Assembly: GCF_009914755.1 (NCBI RefSeq)
Contig: NC_060930.1
Reading direction: 5' to 3' (one strand)
Source: the human T2T-CHM13v2.0 reference genome, Homo sapiens
DNA length: 64,000 nucleotides
Shown: piece by piece, positions 27,057-42,583 of the stretch
Position numbering within the stretch: the stretch's first letter is position 1
Layout of the letters: the number at the start of each line of letters is the position of its first letter
Program-made: the position numbers and the translations under genes
Notes under the pieces: generated by a model
Databases searched by the model: none
What the model saw: the letters and a program-made list of their open reading frames with translations, nothing else
What the model was told of the DNA's origin: nothing

Positions 27057-27969
27057 GTATATATAAATCTTATTTGTATCCTGATTTAAACAAACCAAAA
27101 AATGGAATACATAATTGGATAATTGGGGAAAATCTGCACAAGTGTGTGTTATGATTTTAAGGAACTGTTAATTTTTAAAACTTTGATAATATTATTTTAG
27201 TGATTTTTTAAAAGGTGCTTATTATCTTTTATAACTACATATTTAAATGATTAAATGAAAATTAAAATAATACTTAATCGTTTTAAGCCTCAGTTTATCT
27301 CTTCTTAAAATATTGACAACAGTGCCACCTATCTCATACAGTTTTTGGGGGTCTCATGAGGTAATCATATTTGCATTTAGCAAACTTGTCATCATAAGTG
27401 CACCATTGCTGTTAGCTGATATTATTATTACTATTCAACAACATATAAAGCTTAAAATATAAAACCCCGCTGACATTAATACACATTTATAAAAATGAAT
27501 GTTGTTAGAACCATCTTCAGGAGCAAGTTTTCAGATATTATGTTTGACAATGGATGTTTTTTAAACCATCTTCTGTGGAAGACAGGTCTGGGTAACCAGA
27601 AATTTTTTTTTTTTTACTGTAGGTATGTAAATTTATGATGTTCATCATCCTCTCAACATAAATATTGGACAAATATTTAAGAAATATTTTGGAGAGGTAC
27701 TGAATTAGTCTCACTGTCTTTTCTGAATTTCATTGTGTGACGATGGCACTGAGCATCTGAAGGGGATTGAAAGATGTTTTATGGGAGGCCAGAAAATAAA
27801 GGTTGCCTGATTTATAATTTTGCCTTTGCATAATGAATAAAGCTTTAAACTCTGTAAACTCAAATCTAAAATGTGACTTACGGTACCAGATGAGATATAA
27901 TAAAGCCACTACAATCTATCATTCTCACTGATTAAAACTAAAATAATTTGAAAATAAATATAAAAGTCA

Positions 27970-28320
<351 letters not shown>

Positions 28321-29069
28321 TTAAAGAAGTCAAAATGAAGGCAAAAAAAACTGCGGAATACGTTTCTCATTTTTTCCTTTTTTTCAATGTCCAAGCTTTG
28401 ATTTAAGAGCAGCCCCAGTCAAGGAACTCTGTTGTACTTGAGAGTAGCAAAATCTTTAACAGAAACAACTTTTGGGCAAGAGGACTGGTAATGGGGACAT
28501 TATGAACTGGAGAGTATGGAAGGAATCCTCGGGACTTTTGTCTTTCTTTTTGTATTTGTTTTTTTATCTAGTCCCTGAAATGGGTTTTGTAATGGTTATG
28601 TAACTATGTACAAATAGCATGAATGGTGAAAACTCAGAAAAAATCAGTTCCTCTGGCAAGAAAAAGTAGGTAAAGAGACTTCTGGGAACAGAAGGGGGTG
28701 ATGGTGAATTAAGGTGAATCTTCCTACACAGAATTGAGACTATCCTTCTCCAGCCCTTTGCTATCTCTGGACAACTCTCTGGAGTAGAGAGAGTTGGAGC
28801 AGGGCATCCTTAATTCTATGTAGGAAGGATATAATTTCCAGACTCACCCCTGACCTGTGTGAGACAGACTCCAAACAACATAGCAGAGGCTTTGATAACA
28901 GAATTATGATGTAAACCGCTGTGTATAACCCAGGCAAACTCCCAAGTGGTACACATAATGGAATAAACCCAAACTTCAGAGTAAAGACATGGAAAACTGA
29001 CAGTGAAACTACCACTAACAGAAGGTAGGGCAGAATTTGTACGCTGAACCTAATTATTTTGGTTGCCAG

Positions 29070-29140
29070 TGTGCCACCTGCTTCTGTAAATAAAGTTTTA
29101 TTGGAATACAGCTTTTCTGTAGCTGCTTTTATACTACAAA
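29070..29140 (+). mobile_element. MER58A fragment
   Basis: 'tgccacctgcttctgtaaataaagttttattggaatacagc'. Confidence 0.6.
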
Positions 29141-29944
29141 AAAGAAAATCAATATTCTATAAAAACAAAACAACTTAGTAGTCAGTGTGTCACAATATAA
29201 TTCTTAGTATTTCTAGGATACAATCTAAAACTACTCAATATACACAATTACAAAGAATCAGAAAAATGTTGACCCAGTTCTCAAGGCAAGTGACAATCAT
29301 CAGAAGTAATCCCTGAGGTAACCCAGATATTAAAATGACCAAGGACTTTAACGCAAGTATTATAACTATGCTCCTTGAGGTAAACATCAGTAATCCTGAA
29401 ATGAATGAAATGGTAGAAATTCTAACCAGATAATTAGGAAATATATGTGTTGTGTGTGTTTTTTGTGTGTTTGTACCTGTGTACATACATACATGCATAC
29501 ATGTGTGCATAATTTTAACATATACATGTTTTAAAAAGTAAACGTTAGAACTGAAAAATATACTATCTGAAATAAAATATTCCCTGGATGGGCCCAAGGG
29601 CAGAATAGAGATAACAAAGAAGTCAGTGTACATGAAGACAGGTCAGTTGAAATGATCTAATCTTAAGAAAAAAGTTATACTGCAGAAAATTGAACAAAGT
29701 CTCAGGAATCTGTGAAACAATACCAAAAGGTATAGCATATATACTATTGTGGTCCCTAAAGGAAAAGGGAAAGAAATTTGTGACAAAAGTATATTTGAAA
29801 ATAATGGTCAAAGGCTTTACAAATTTGGAGAAAACGATAAATGTATTAATTTTCTGTGAGCCATGAACATAATAAACTCAAAGGAAACCTCACCCAAACA
29901 CATCATCATAAACTTCTTGAAAACTAAAGATAATTCTTTCTCCT

Positions 29945-30108
29945 TTTATATTTAATTTTTAAAATTTTTAATGATCTTTTAAATTGCATTTTATTTTAGA
30001 TTCATGGGGTACATGTGCATGTTTGTCACATGGGTATATTGCATATTGATGGTGATTGGGCTTCTAGTGTACCCATTACCAAAAAAATGAACATTGTAAT
30101 TACCCATC
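29945..30108 (-). mobile_element. L1PB-type 3' end fragment
   Basis: 'ttttattttagattcatggggtacatgtgcatgtttgtcacatgggtatattgcat'. Confidence 0.7.
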
Positions 30109-30664
30109 TATTTCTTTTTATAGATGCCAGAGAAAAATGGCATATTATATTCAGGGGAACAACATTTCAAATGACTGCACTTTTCACATCAGAACCCATG
30201 GTGGCTCCAAGATTTTGGAACAACATCAAGTTGCTAAAAGCAATAAACTGTCAACCTAGAATTCTACATCTATTAAAAATATCCTTCAGAATAATAAACT
30301 GTGCTTCACATGTAGGAAAATTAACATAATTCATTGTCAGTAGAACCTGTGAAAGAAATGCTAAAAGCAGTGCTTAAGACCACAGGGAGTTGTGATATAA
30401 CAGAGAAACTTGTGATTTCAGGAATAAAGGCAGAGCAAAAGTAATGCTTAAGGGGGTAAATATAATAGACCATGTTGCTTTTATTACATTATTTAAAAAC
30501 ATATATGCTGATGAAACAAAGCTTAAACATTACTTGGTGTATATGGATGCAATGTATATGATAACTAAAATATAAAGTTATTAGGATAGCAGGAATTTTC
30601 AGTTGTATAGCTTCTAATTGAAGTGGAAAATGTTAACTCTAAATATACTGAGAAAGGTTACAAA

Positions 30665-30671
<7 letters not shown>

Positions 30672-30703
<32 letters not shown>
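30672..30703. repeat. (TA)n microsatellite at Alu tail
   Basis: ~16 AT units adjoining poly(T). Confidence 0.95.
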
Positions 30704-31058
<355 letters not shown>

Positions 31059-31957
31059 TAACAAAAAATAATTAAAGTGGAAGCTAATAAGCATTTTAAT
31101 AATTTAAAATAATGTAGTTCTGTACTTTGCAAACATTAATCCAAAGAAAGTTAGATTGACTGTGTTAATATTAGCAAAAATATATTTCTAAACAAAGAAC
31201 ATCAACAGGGTAAAGAGAGATATTACATAATGAGAAAAGTGTCCATTCACCAAGAAAATATAATGATAAATGTGTGTGAGCCTACCAAATGCTTGAAACT
31301 TCCAAATCGTGAAGCAAAAATTGATAACATTGTAGGGAGGACTGGATAAATATGTTATACTTGAAGGTTTCATTACTCCTCTCTCAGTAATAATAAAATC
31401 AGGCATAAAATCAGCAATATCTTAGAAAACCATAACAAAGCCATTGACTAGTTTGACTTGTGTCATTTCTAGAACACTTCACCCAATAACAGCCAAATTC
31501 ATAGTCTTTTCAAGGGGGATTGAGATACCATTCTAGACCACGAAACAAACTTTAACAAGATTTAAAGAATCATACATGTGATGTTCTCCAACCATAATAT
31601 AATTTTGCTAGTAATTAATAATAGGAGTACATCTAGAAAACCCTTCAACAATTTGGAAATAAACAGTACATTTCTAAATAACCTATGGATCAAACATAAA
31701 GTCCCAAGAGAAACTAGAAAAAAATTGAAGTGAAAGTATGACATGATAATTTATGAGATGCATTTTGTAAGGCAGTAATAATTTGAGAAATATATGGATT
31801 TATGCTTGTCATTGAAGGGAGGTTTTAAATCAATAATATAAGAAACTAGAATAGCAAGGAAAAATTGAGCCCAGACCACATAAAAGGAAGAAAATAATGA
31901 ATATAAGAGCATACATGAATGATGTTGAAAAGATGAAAACAGTAGAAACTGCAGGTG

Positions 31958-32147
31958 TTATCCTTTTAATATCTGTAATGATGTCCACTTCCATTGCAGT
32001 CATTGGTAATTTGTATCTTTCCCTTCTTCTTCCAAATTATAAGCATTCTTTTCCCACAGTACAAGCATTTGAGGGAAGAAAGAAAAGGTACAACTTGCCA
32101 ATGCCTGTAAAGGGAAGTGGACATCATTGCAGGTGTTAAGAGGATAA
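31958..32147. repeat. Inverted repeat (80/81-bp arms, 29-nt spacer) derived from L1M ORF2 sequence
   Basis: Arms 31958-32037 and 32067-32147 align at ~80% identity as reverse complements. Confidence 0.92.
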
Positions 32148-35100
32148 TAAGGGACTACTATAAACATCTGTAGTCCATAAATACAACAAATTAGATGAAA
32201 AGGACCAATTATTTGGAAGATATAAGCTACCAAAACTCCTTCAGGAAGAAATAGGTAACCTTGATAGTCTTACCCAATTAAAGAAATTGATTTCAAAGTT
32301 TAAAATATCCCAACAAAGAAAACTCTAGACTTCGAGGGTTTCACTATCAAATTCTACCAAAATTTAAGAAAGAAATATTACCATTTATATATAATCTATT
32401 CCAAAAATTGGAAGACAGAGCACTTGACAACTCATTTTATGAGGCCAGGATTACTATTATTAAAAAAAAAAAAACAGGTAAAGACTGATGTCTCAAAATG
32501 TAGAGTACAGTGAAATGTTAGTTTTAATCAAGAAGCATTCTCTAAATTATGCTATGCCTTAGTTCCCTGGGAAACCCTGGGAAAGACTTACTTGAGAGAA
32601 GCAGCTCATGGAATACTTTAGAGCCAGGCAAATTATATAAAATTTCATATAATTTTAATTGCATTTATTATTGAATATTTTTGACACTTCATCAGAAAAG
32701 CCAGAAAGGATGCTGAATCAATCTAAGACTCAATCCTAAACTAAAGGAGCAGTTTGGCAGAAAATCCCAGTGATTTTGGCAAAATATTCTCTATTAAAAT
32801 ATTTAGTATTTTAAATTACTCTTTCACAGTTTTAATTCAAAGCCATAGACCATTTGAGAAAAACCAACCAAGGGGAAAGATGTCAAAATGTAGGCAGACA
32901 AATTAAAAAAAAAAAACTATTACAGAACAAGTTGTTCAAAACAACCATCTGAACCTCTGGCTAGTTCGTGCTAGAGGGTATAATCGGTATATCACAGATA
33001 AAGACCAGGATGATAATCACTAAAAGCCATAAATCATGATATACTTGTGTTGTAATGGCCTCTACTTTCTAATTTCAGAAGACATTTCTGAAGATGCTGT
33101 GAAAATGCAACTCAAAATATGAAAATAAGCTATATGTCCTTATTTAAAAAGGATGGGCTGACATTTAAAAATAATCATTAATTTACTCATGATATGATCA
33201 TGACATAATCATAGACATTAAGACAGACATGTAATAGAGTAGGTAAAATGTGAGGACAGAGAACAGAGTGCTAGTTGGAAGCCCTGAGTTCTACTTCTAG
33301 CTCTGTTGCTAATGAGTTTAATGGGTTTGAAAAATCCACTTCTCTGAGCCTAATTCTATAATCCAGTATGGTGGTTAAGTATAGGTATTTTTATCCCTAA
33401 GGAGTTAAATCAAAGTCTTTACAGGGCAATCAATCCAACATGAAGTTTATGAGTAGTCTTCAAACAGATCACATCATAATCACTTTTCTGGAGAGTGTCT
33501 CAAGGATCATATAGAACAGATGCTGACATAGGCCTAATGTCCCTACTGATGCTTATTAGAATGACTCATGAATCTGCATTTGTCTTTCTCTTGTCACAGT
33601 CACCATACACAGTTTTATGCCTCATGGTATTAATAATTTTTTAAGAATAGAGTTCCTCGTCACAAAGCCGGTCCTAAAATGTAGATTTGGAATTTCTGAT
33701 TGCTTTTATTGCTGTAAACAAAATCTCTCCATCTACATTGGAGGGTCATAGTAAAACTTCTTTCCAAGCCTTAAGAACATAACAGAAGCCTTCCATCAAT
33801 ATATGAATACACTGTGGTTAATTTCAACAATGTTCTGAAGATCTAGAGCAATCTCTCAGTGAACTGCAAATATCCTTCTCAGCTCTTGAAATTTCTGCAT
33901 ATCAATTCAAAAGTTTTTATTGCAAATTGAAATCTTTTTTGTTAAAGATGAGGGTAATACAAAACATTAAATGAATATTCAGAAATTGGTAATTTTATAA
34001 GTGTTTTTAATTCTAAAATTTAAATTATGCAGGGAATATATCAGAGTATATTTAATGTTGTATTTATAACAGTGACTGGCCATACCTGAATCCATCCTCT
34101 AATCCTTGTCACATGTCGAGGAAAGCAGTTAAAGGCAATGATTATATTAATAATATTAGAAAAGGAAAAGAGTCCAATATCTTCACATCCCTCTCCTCCC
34201 AGAAAAATGATGCAGTAGAGATGGCTATAGGAACTAGGACTCATTAACCTGTAAGGGATAAGACAATCTCTATAAATTTTAAACTAGTTGTGAACTGCAT
34301 TCTCAGCTTGTGTGAGGGGTGTAGGGTAATGACTTCAAATCTTCAGAGACGTTTTTTCACTTTCTCCCATTCACTGGGAACCAATGAAACCTAGCAAGAA
34401 TTCACACTACCTTGCCCTGTGAGTCTTTTTTTCCCCCTAGCTTGCCTACTGGTGGTGACTTTCGATGTCTTCAGCTTTATGTGGGTGCCTCAGCTTTAAA
34501 ATTTCACATTGTACAGCTAACAGCTTTTGTCTTCTACCTTGTGTTGAGGCGGTCAGGTAAAACCCAAGATGCTGGGCAGGAGGAATTGGCAAATTCTCCT
34601 AATGGGTTACCTTCAGTACTATCTGACAGATCATCTTTTAGTATTAAGTCTTTCTTATTGTTTCCAACTTCCAAAGATAATCCTTATTTTTCAGAGAGTT
34701 CTCTTTCAATAATTTTATATCTATGTGTCTACATGTGTCTGTGAGGGGGAGTGTGTTTATTACTTTCAAATACTCTCTAGCAAGAGGGTTAATTTGGTCA
34801 CCTTATTCACTGTATGACTGGATCTCTATGCAATTTTATATCTTAATTTTCTACATTCAGTTATTTAATATATTTGGAAAGTGTATTAATCCATGGAGTG
34901 AGGTGGGACACTAAGTGGGAAAACATTCAGCTTCTCAGTTATTTGTTTAGCAACACTAACTTTTTCTTTTTATTTGGGATATTTCTTTTATTATGTACTT
35001 CATTTTCACATATATTGTCTTTGTTTATTGATCTGCCTGCCAGTTTGTACACTGCTATGGCACTAATTTAGTTAATCTACTTTTATTATGTATTTTAATA

Positions 35101-35471
35101 CCTAATTATTTCAATGGCTTTTTATTAGATGTTCTTCCTGTTTATATATCTAAGTGGCCTTGAGAATAATTTTTTCAAGTTCAAAAGTAAAACTGTGTAG
35201 ATTTTCATTGAGATATTTGTTGAGTGCACTGAATCCTTAAAACAGAAGTCTTGTTTTTTTTTTTTCTTTTAAGCTGAAGAAACATTTTAAAAATTATGTC
35301 TTTGAAAAGACCAGTCATTGTGGGGTTTATAGAGCTCCAATTATTTATATTTATTATCTTTTCTCATTATTTTCATTTCTTCTTTTCTATTACATATCAA
35401 GTGAATTTCTCAAAATTTTTCATCATTTACTCAATTTTCTATAATAATTCTTGAGTTTATCTTCAATATGA

Positions 35472-35595
<124 letters not shown>

Positions 35596-38500
35596 GAATT
35601 TCACTTTTCTTATTGGAATTTTAATTCTTTTTTAATTCTGTCCTCAGTTCATCACATTCCATTTTGATTTCACTCCTTATATATGTTTTTTTGTCATTCG
35701 ATGTGTTTATCTTTTTATCTTTTATTGGATTTCAGCTTTTTATAATGGACATGTATCATTTCATGCCACTGAACATGTCAAATTATCTCCTCTGGTTATT
35801 CTCGTTTCTTTAGTAAGTTATTTTCAGAGCTTTGCTCTGCTTTATTGAATTTAGGGCATTATTCCTTGTATCATTTACTGTTTCTCATAGGATCTGTATC
35901 ATTGTTTGTTTAATTGGCTTTTTTCCTTTTACTTATATCTAATGAGAAAATCATCATTGGAACTTAATAAAATTTATCTAAAGAAGTCCATGTGGATTTT
36001 CCCTGTCCCTGGTCATTGTGTACTAAGGCACCAGTAAAACCCATCTTCACTCCTCTGCTGGAGAGCAGGTTGTGGCACTTGTGTTCAGTGCTTTTTACTT
36101 GACCTTGACATGGAATTCTGTACCGTTAACTATAGTGCTTTTTGATTAATTTATGGGATACAGAGAAACTGGAGTCTAAGCATTGACAGTTCAAGGGCCT
36201 TTGTTACATCTTGCAGTATACAGAGCATTAGTGCCCCTCAATCCCCCACCCTGTTGTTTGGTGAGTCTAGGAGAATTTTTTTAGGCTGTGCATTACATTT
36301 CTCAATGCAGCTCAGTCAGCCTCTCACTTAGAGTTCATTTTTCCGTCATAGATTCTTTCATTGAGAAACTGAAGGATTTTGTGTTGGGGAAATAATGTTT
36401 AACAACAATGACTGTCATCTTAAAGGGTTCTGTGCTTTTACTAGGAGTTGAAAGGAGTGAGGGAATATTGTTTTTTTTTGGTGAGTTAATGAAAAATTGA
36501 AAATGAGTTTAAATAAAAGATTCAGTGGTACTTTCTCTCAATGTTCTGAAATGGTGTGTATGGAGCCAGTATATACAGAACAAATAGTTGTGGAAGATCC
36601 AGGTGTACGGTCACTGTCAAAATAATTCTGTGTCTTAGATTATAATTAATTCAAGAGAAATGTTGAGTAAATACAGGAAATAAAGCCAATTATTTCCTCT
36701 GTATTTGTCTGTGCTAGCAGTAAAATGTCAATTAAGTATGATTAATTCTTCCTTTTTTCCATAAGCATGAGAATGTATTGCTGCAGTTTTAATGGCTGCC
36801 ATGATGAGGTCTATCAGTCACTGAAAAGAAGTCAGCAGAGTCATTTCAGTGTCATGAGAAAATATCAAATGCATTTCAATAATATACCTTTACTGATTGT
36901 TTTTCTCTTGTTTCCTGTGGCAAGTAAAATATATTTGTTCAGAATAATTTTCTGATGCAATCGAAACCTAATGCCTTCTATGAAGACTTCTCTAATCAGC
37001 ATGGAAAGGAGCAGCCATTTCTTTCCTACTCCGATCTTTGTATTATAGACATTAACACATTTTAATGGAACCAATTATAATCCAGTGTTATTTACATGTC
37101 TGTTTTTTGTATGTACTGAGGTTAGTGAAAATTTCTTATTTATTTTTCTATTTATATTACTCACCTATGAAAGAATGTGTTGATTGAATGAGGATTTTCA
37201 CTTTAAATAAAATGTAGTAATCTGTAATCAATAACTCTTACTGACCCTGAAACTCACATTACTTGTTTTCCAAGCTGTAATTCACTCAGAATTAGAAAGG
37301 AAAAAAGGAAAGGAAAGAACGTCGGAATATTTATCTCCTCTTCACTTTATGTATCTTTATGCAGGAATCCTTTGAGTTCTTAAAAAGAATGATTTCGGGT
37401 ACAAACTAATTTGAGGTTCTCTATGTTTTTCTGAGAGTATGTGAGTTATGCATGGCACATATTTGGTACTTTAAAAGTACTTATTGAAGAATAGAAAGCA
37501 ACTATAAGGTATAATGATAAAGAGAGGGTTCTGGATGGCCTACTGGTGTCCTGGGATTAAAAGAAAGAAACAGGAAAATTGAAGCTGCATTTGAGTGTGA
37601 AAGTTGGGAGTTTTAGGTTTTAGAACTGGAACACTTCTAGTTGTTAGTGTAGAGTAGGTATGAAGTTCATTGCAATTGACCAGGCCAGCCATTTCTTCAC
37701 TGGAAAGCCTTAGAAAGTTCTTCCACAGGGCAAGGGAATCATTTCTGATGATGGCAGCATGGGAAGCAGAAGGAAAGAGGGCCTGGGAGACAGTTCCCTG
37801 ACATTTTGATCAGTGCCCACAAGAGTGACAGGCACATTATGTCTTAATAAGTAAATAAAAACTAAAGAATGAAAGTTATTTGATTGAAAACTAGAGAAAA
37901 AAGAGCAGTATGAGGATGCATCATTAGAGTCCCTGTTGAGGGCCATGGGCTGGACTATGCCAGGACCTCGGGGAAAGTGCACTTGTTGGTTGTGATGCAG
38001 CACATCTAGGTCTTCCCAGCTAGATTGCCAACCTCTAAACTACTCTCTCAAGGAAACTCTGAAGTTGTCACACTAAGTGCAGAGCCAGGTCAAGGAGACA
38101 AAAGGTAGTCTCAACTCTAATTATGATTGCAGTACTAACTAGAATGCTCTCATACTTGTGTTCTCATTTATTAACCAATTTATTTTGAATATGAACTGTA
38201 GCTTCTTTCAAAACCATATTGTTGTGTATTATTATCAATATTGTGATATTTATTGAGTTCTTACTATGGGGGAAGTGTGATGCTGAATGTCCTGGGGTAA
38301 GCCACAGGGATACTTAGAGTTTAATTGGGAAGAGAAATGCAGCTGCACTGTCCAAACCAAAGTAGGTCATCAATAATTATTTTTAATGAACACACATATA
38401 ATATAATTGCTGGGTTTTTTTAATGGCATCATTAGCATTAGGGAAACACAAAAGAAATAAACAAAAATAAAAATCAGGAAAGAGTTATTTCTGTGAAAAA

Positions 38501-39487
38501 TAACAATAATAAACCATTTATATATTAACCTAAAAATAATTGTTGAATAAACAGCTATGTATATTATTTAATATATTCAGATTTATAAATAGAGAAAATG
38601 TTAATGTTTTAATGTAGAGAACAAGTTGAAAACATTTAAGATAAAAGAAGTTTGTGTGGTGGCTGGGCATTCCCTGACAACCTCACAGAAAATAAAGGAT
38701 TTAAGCCTCATAGGAGTGAGAGTGGGACTGAAAGAAAGCATTTCAGGTCAGCTGAAGGTAGTGATGGCACAATAAGGTGCCTGTGTGTGTGAGAGGGGTG
38801 AACTGACAGGAGCATAACTGCATTTCTGTTCGCTCTGAGCAAAAGCACATTTCATCTTTTTGCTAACACTTCCCTTGGAGATAACAATTTTAACTGTAAG
38901 TTATGGTTCATGGCATTTTATATAAGCGTTAGTTTCTTTTTGGTATATTTTCTTGATGGTGCTTAGATACTCAAATAATGCAAGTAAGGGAAAATGAGAA
39001 TTCCAAATAATTTTCTGAAGAAAAACCGATTCTTTCCAGTCTGGGTGATTATAGAGCTGTAGTGCATACCGTAAAGTAGAACAGATATTTAGCGGTGCCT
39101 GGAATGCCAAAGTAGCAACTTAGTGTGATTCTCTGTAATGGTACTCAAAAACTTCTTTTATTTAGTTAGTTGATGTCAATATGTCACTTTTTGGTGGAAT
39201 TGCTACTTTATACAATATTTTGTTAACATTTGAGGCAGCATTATCCATAAATATTTATCCCATGTGGCATATTGGTTTTAAACCCATACTGAAGAACACA
39301 TCTAATATTAAAGTATAAAAGCAGTGGCAGAACGCGGTACAAATTAATAGCAATTTTATGTCTGTTTTATGTTAAACATGTTCAAATTAGTTAGGCATGT
39401 GAGAGGATAACTATATTGTATATTCTATTTCATTTGTCCTTCAACTACTTTATTGAAAAGCACCTACAGAGTTGAAAGCAGGGATTT

Positions 39488-41161
39488 TTATTTCATTGAG
39501 CAGTGGTTTGTAGTTCTCCTTGAAGAGGTCCTTCACATCCCTTGTAAGTTGAATATCGTGAAAATGGCCATACTGCCCAAGGTAATTTATAGATTCAATG
39601 CCATCCCCAACAAGCTACCAATGACTTTCTTCACAGAATTGGAAAAACTACTTTAAAGTTCATATGGAACCAAAAAAGAGCCTGCATTGCCAAGACAATC
39701 CTAAGCCAAAAGAACAAAGCTGGAGGCATCACACTCCCTGACTTCAAACTTATACTACAAGGCCACAGTAACCAAAACAGCATGGTACTGGTACCAAAAC
39801 AGAGATAGAGACCAATGGAACAGAACAGAGCCCTCAGAAATAATACCACACATCTACAACCATCTGATCTCCGACAAACCTGACAAAAACAAGAAATGGG
39901 GGAATGATTCCCTATTTAACAAATGGTGCTGGGAAGACTGGCTAGCCATATGTAGAAAGCTGAAACTGGATCTTTTCCTTACACCTTATACAAAAATTAA
40001 TTCAAGATGGATTAAATATTTAAATGTTAGATCTAAAACCATAAAAACACTAGAAGAAAACCTAGGCATTACCATTCAGGACATAGGCATGGGCAAGGAC
40101 TTCATGTCTAAAACACCAAAAGCAATGGTAACAAAAGCCAGAATTGACAAATGGGATCTAATTAAACTGAAGAGCTTCTGCACAGCAAAAGAAACTACCA
40201 TCAGAGTGAACAGGCAACCTACAGAATGGGAGAAAATTTCTGCAGTCTACTCATCCGACAAAGGGCTAATATCCAGAATCTACAAAGAACTCAAACAAAT
40301 TTACAAGAAAAAAACGAACAACCCCATCAAAAAGTGGGCAAAGGATATGAACAGACACTTCTCAAAAGAAGACATTTATGCAGCCAAAAGACACATGAAA
40401 AAATGCTCATCATCACTGGCCATCAGAGACATGCAAATCAAAACCACAATGAGATATCATCTCACACCAGTTAGAATGGTGATCATTAAAAAGTCAGGAA
40501 ACAACAGGTGCTGGAGAGGATGTGGAGAAATAGGAACACTTTTACACTGTTGGTGGGACTGTAAACTAGTTCAACCATTGTGGAAGACTGTGGTGATTCC
40601 TCAGGGATCTAGAAGTAGAAATACCATTTGATCCAGCCATCCCATTACTGGGTATATACCCAAAGGATTATAAGTCATGCTGCTATAAAGACACATGCAC
40701 ATGTATGTTTATTGCGGCACTATTCACAATAGCAAAGTCTTGGAACCACCCCAAATGTCCATCAATGATAGACTGGATTAAGAAAATGTGGCACATATAC
40801 ACCATGGAATACTGTGCAGCCATAAAAAGATGAGTTCATGTCCTTTGTAGGGACATGGATGAAGCTGGAAACCATCATTCTCAACAAACTATCGCAAGGA
40901 CAAAAAACCAAACACCGCATGTTCTCGCTCATAGGTGGGAATTGAACAATGAGAACACATGGACACAGGAAGGGGAACATCACATACTGGGGCCTGTTTT
41001 GGGGTGGGGGGAGGGGGGAGGGATAGCATTAGGAGATATACCTAATGTAAATGACGAATTAATGGATGCGGCACACCAACATGGTACATGTATACATATG
41101 TAGCAAACCTGAACGTTGTGCACATGTACCCTAGAACTTAAAGTATAATTAAAAAGAAAAA
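39488..41161 (+). mobile_element. L1PA4-like, 5'-truncated with 5' inversion (twin priming)
   Basis: 39488-39551 is antisense ORF2; sense ORF2/3' UTR runs from 39552 to poly(A); TSD AAAGCAGGGATTT at 39475-39487 and 41162-41174. Confidence 0.95.
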
Positions 41162-41832
41162 AAAGCAGGGATTTGAAAGGGGAGATCGTGATAGCTTCTA
41201 AAAGAGTGAACTTTTACTACATGGTATCTGGTTAGTCTTTAATGACCTAGACATATATTCCTATTGGAATATAACTTAACTTGCTTATTTGTAAATGAGT
41301 CTGGGAAATCATTTAAAAATGAATTGAACGCCTAAGTTCTATACATAGTGGACCAAATTAGGGATTCAAATTTGTAACAAAGTTTTATTCTTGTAATTTT
41401 AATCAAATTATCTTATTTAATGTAAATATAATTAAACTATTTTGTTTCCTTTCTGTAGAAATAAAAATGCCATCTAAGCCTGGTAGCTTTGCTCTAAGAA
41501 CTTAAATGTCCCTCTCTTAGCTGAGCCTCAGCCTCTCTGTATCAGAAAACCTTAGAGGGTCATGGGACGTGGCAAATGGTTAAAAACGAACAAAGCAAGC
41601 AACAGCAGTAAAAAACTTTGAAAATAAAAATGCATGAATAAAATAACTTTCTTCAAGTGATGCTGCAGTCATCAGAAGGGCTAAGATGCCCACAGTTTTA
41701 TTCACCATGGCTTATACATAATCAGTGCAAATGTTGACACAGTGACAGAGACATATAATGTATTAATATTAGTTTTATTCTGATAGTTTTTACCTCACAT
41801 TAGATTGTGAACCATACTTTGGGAATTTCCCA

Positions 41833-42236
41833 TGTGTCTTATTCTATTCACACTCATATAACAAAATACCATAAACTGGGTTGCTTATAAGTAACCAACT
41901 TTTATTTTTTTGCTTTTTTACTTTTTTTGTTTTTGTTTTTTGTTGTTGTTTGTTTTTTTTTTTGTCTCACAGTTTTAGAGACAGGAAAGTCCAAGATTAA
42001 GGCATTGGCAGCTGTTTCCTGATTCATAAATGGTGCCTCCTAGCTGCATCCTCATGTGGTGGAAGGGAGAATGAGTTCCTTAGGGACTATTTTATAATGG
42101 CACTAATCACATTCTTGAGGCCTCTCCCCTTATGACTCTAATCTTATCTCCCAAAAGGCCCCATGTCCTAATTCCATCACATTATTAAGTTTCAACATAT
42201 GAATTTTAGGGGGTCACAAACATTCAGACCATAAAA
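41833..42236 (-). mobile_element. MLT1A-type MaLR LTR
   Basis: 'ataacaaaataccataaactggg...aagtccaagattaaggc...caacatatgaattttaggggg...aacattcagaccata'. Confidence 0.8.
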
Positions 42237-42280
42237 CTATGTATAGGAAAAGAAATCAATAAAGCCAATAAGACAGATTA

Positions 42281-42583
42281 GGCCGGGTGTGGTGGCTCAC
42301 ACCTGTGTAATCCCAGCACTTTGGGAGGCCGAGGCAGGCGGATCACCTGAGGTCGGGAGTTTGAGACCAGCCTGACCAACATGGAAAAACTCCTTCTCTA
42401 CTAAAAATACAAAACTAGCCAGACGTGGTGGCACATGCCTGTAATCCCACCTACTTGGGAGGCTGAGGCAGGAGAATCGCTTCAACCCGCGAGGTGGAGG
42501 TTGCAGTGAGCCGAGATTGCCCTATTGCACTCCAGCACTGCAACAGGAGTGAAACTCCACCTCAAAAAACAAACAAACAAAAA
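42281..42583 (+). mobile_element. AluSp
   Basis: 'ggtcgggagtttgagaccagcctgaccaacatgg'; TSD AAGACAG(A/G)TTA. Confidence 0.93.
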
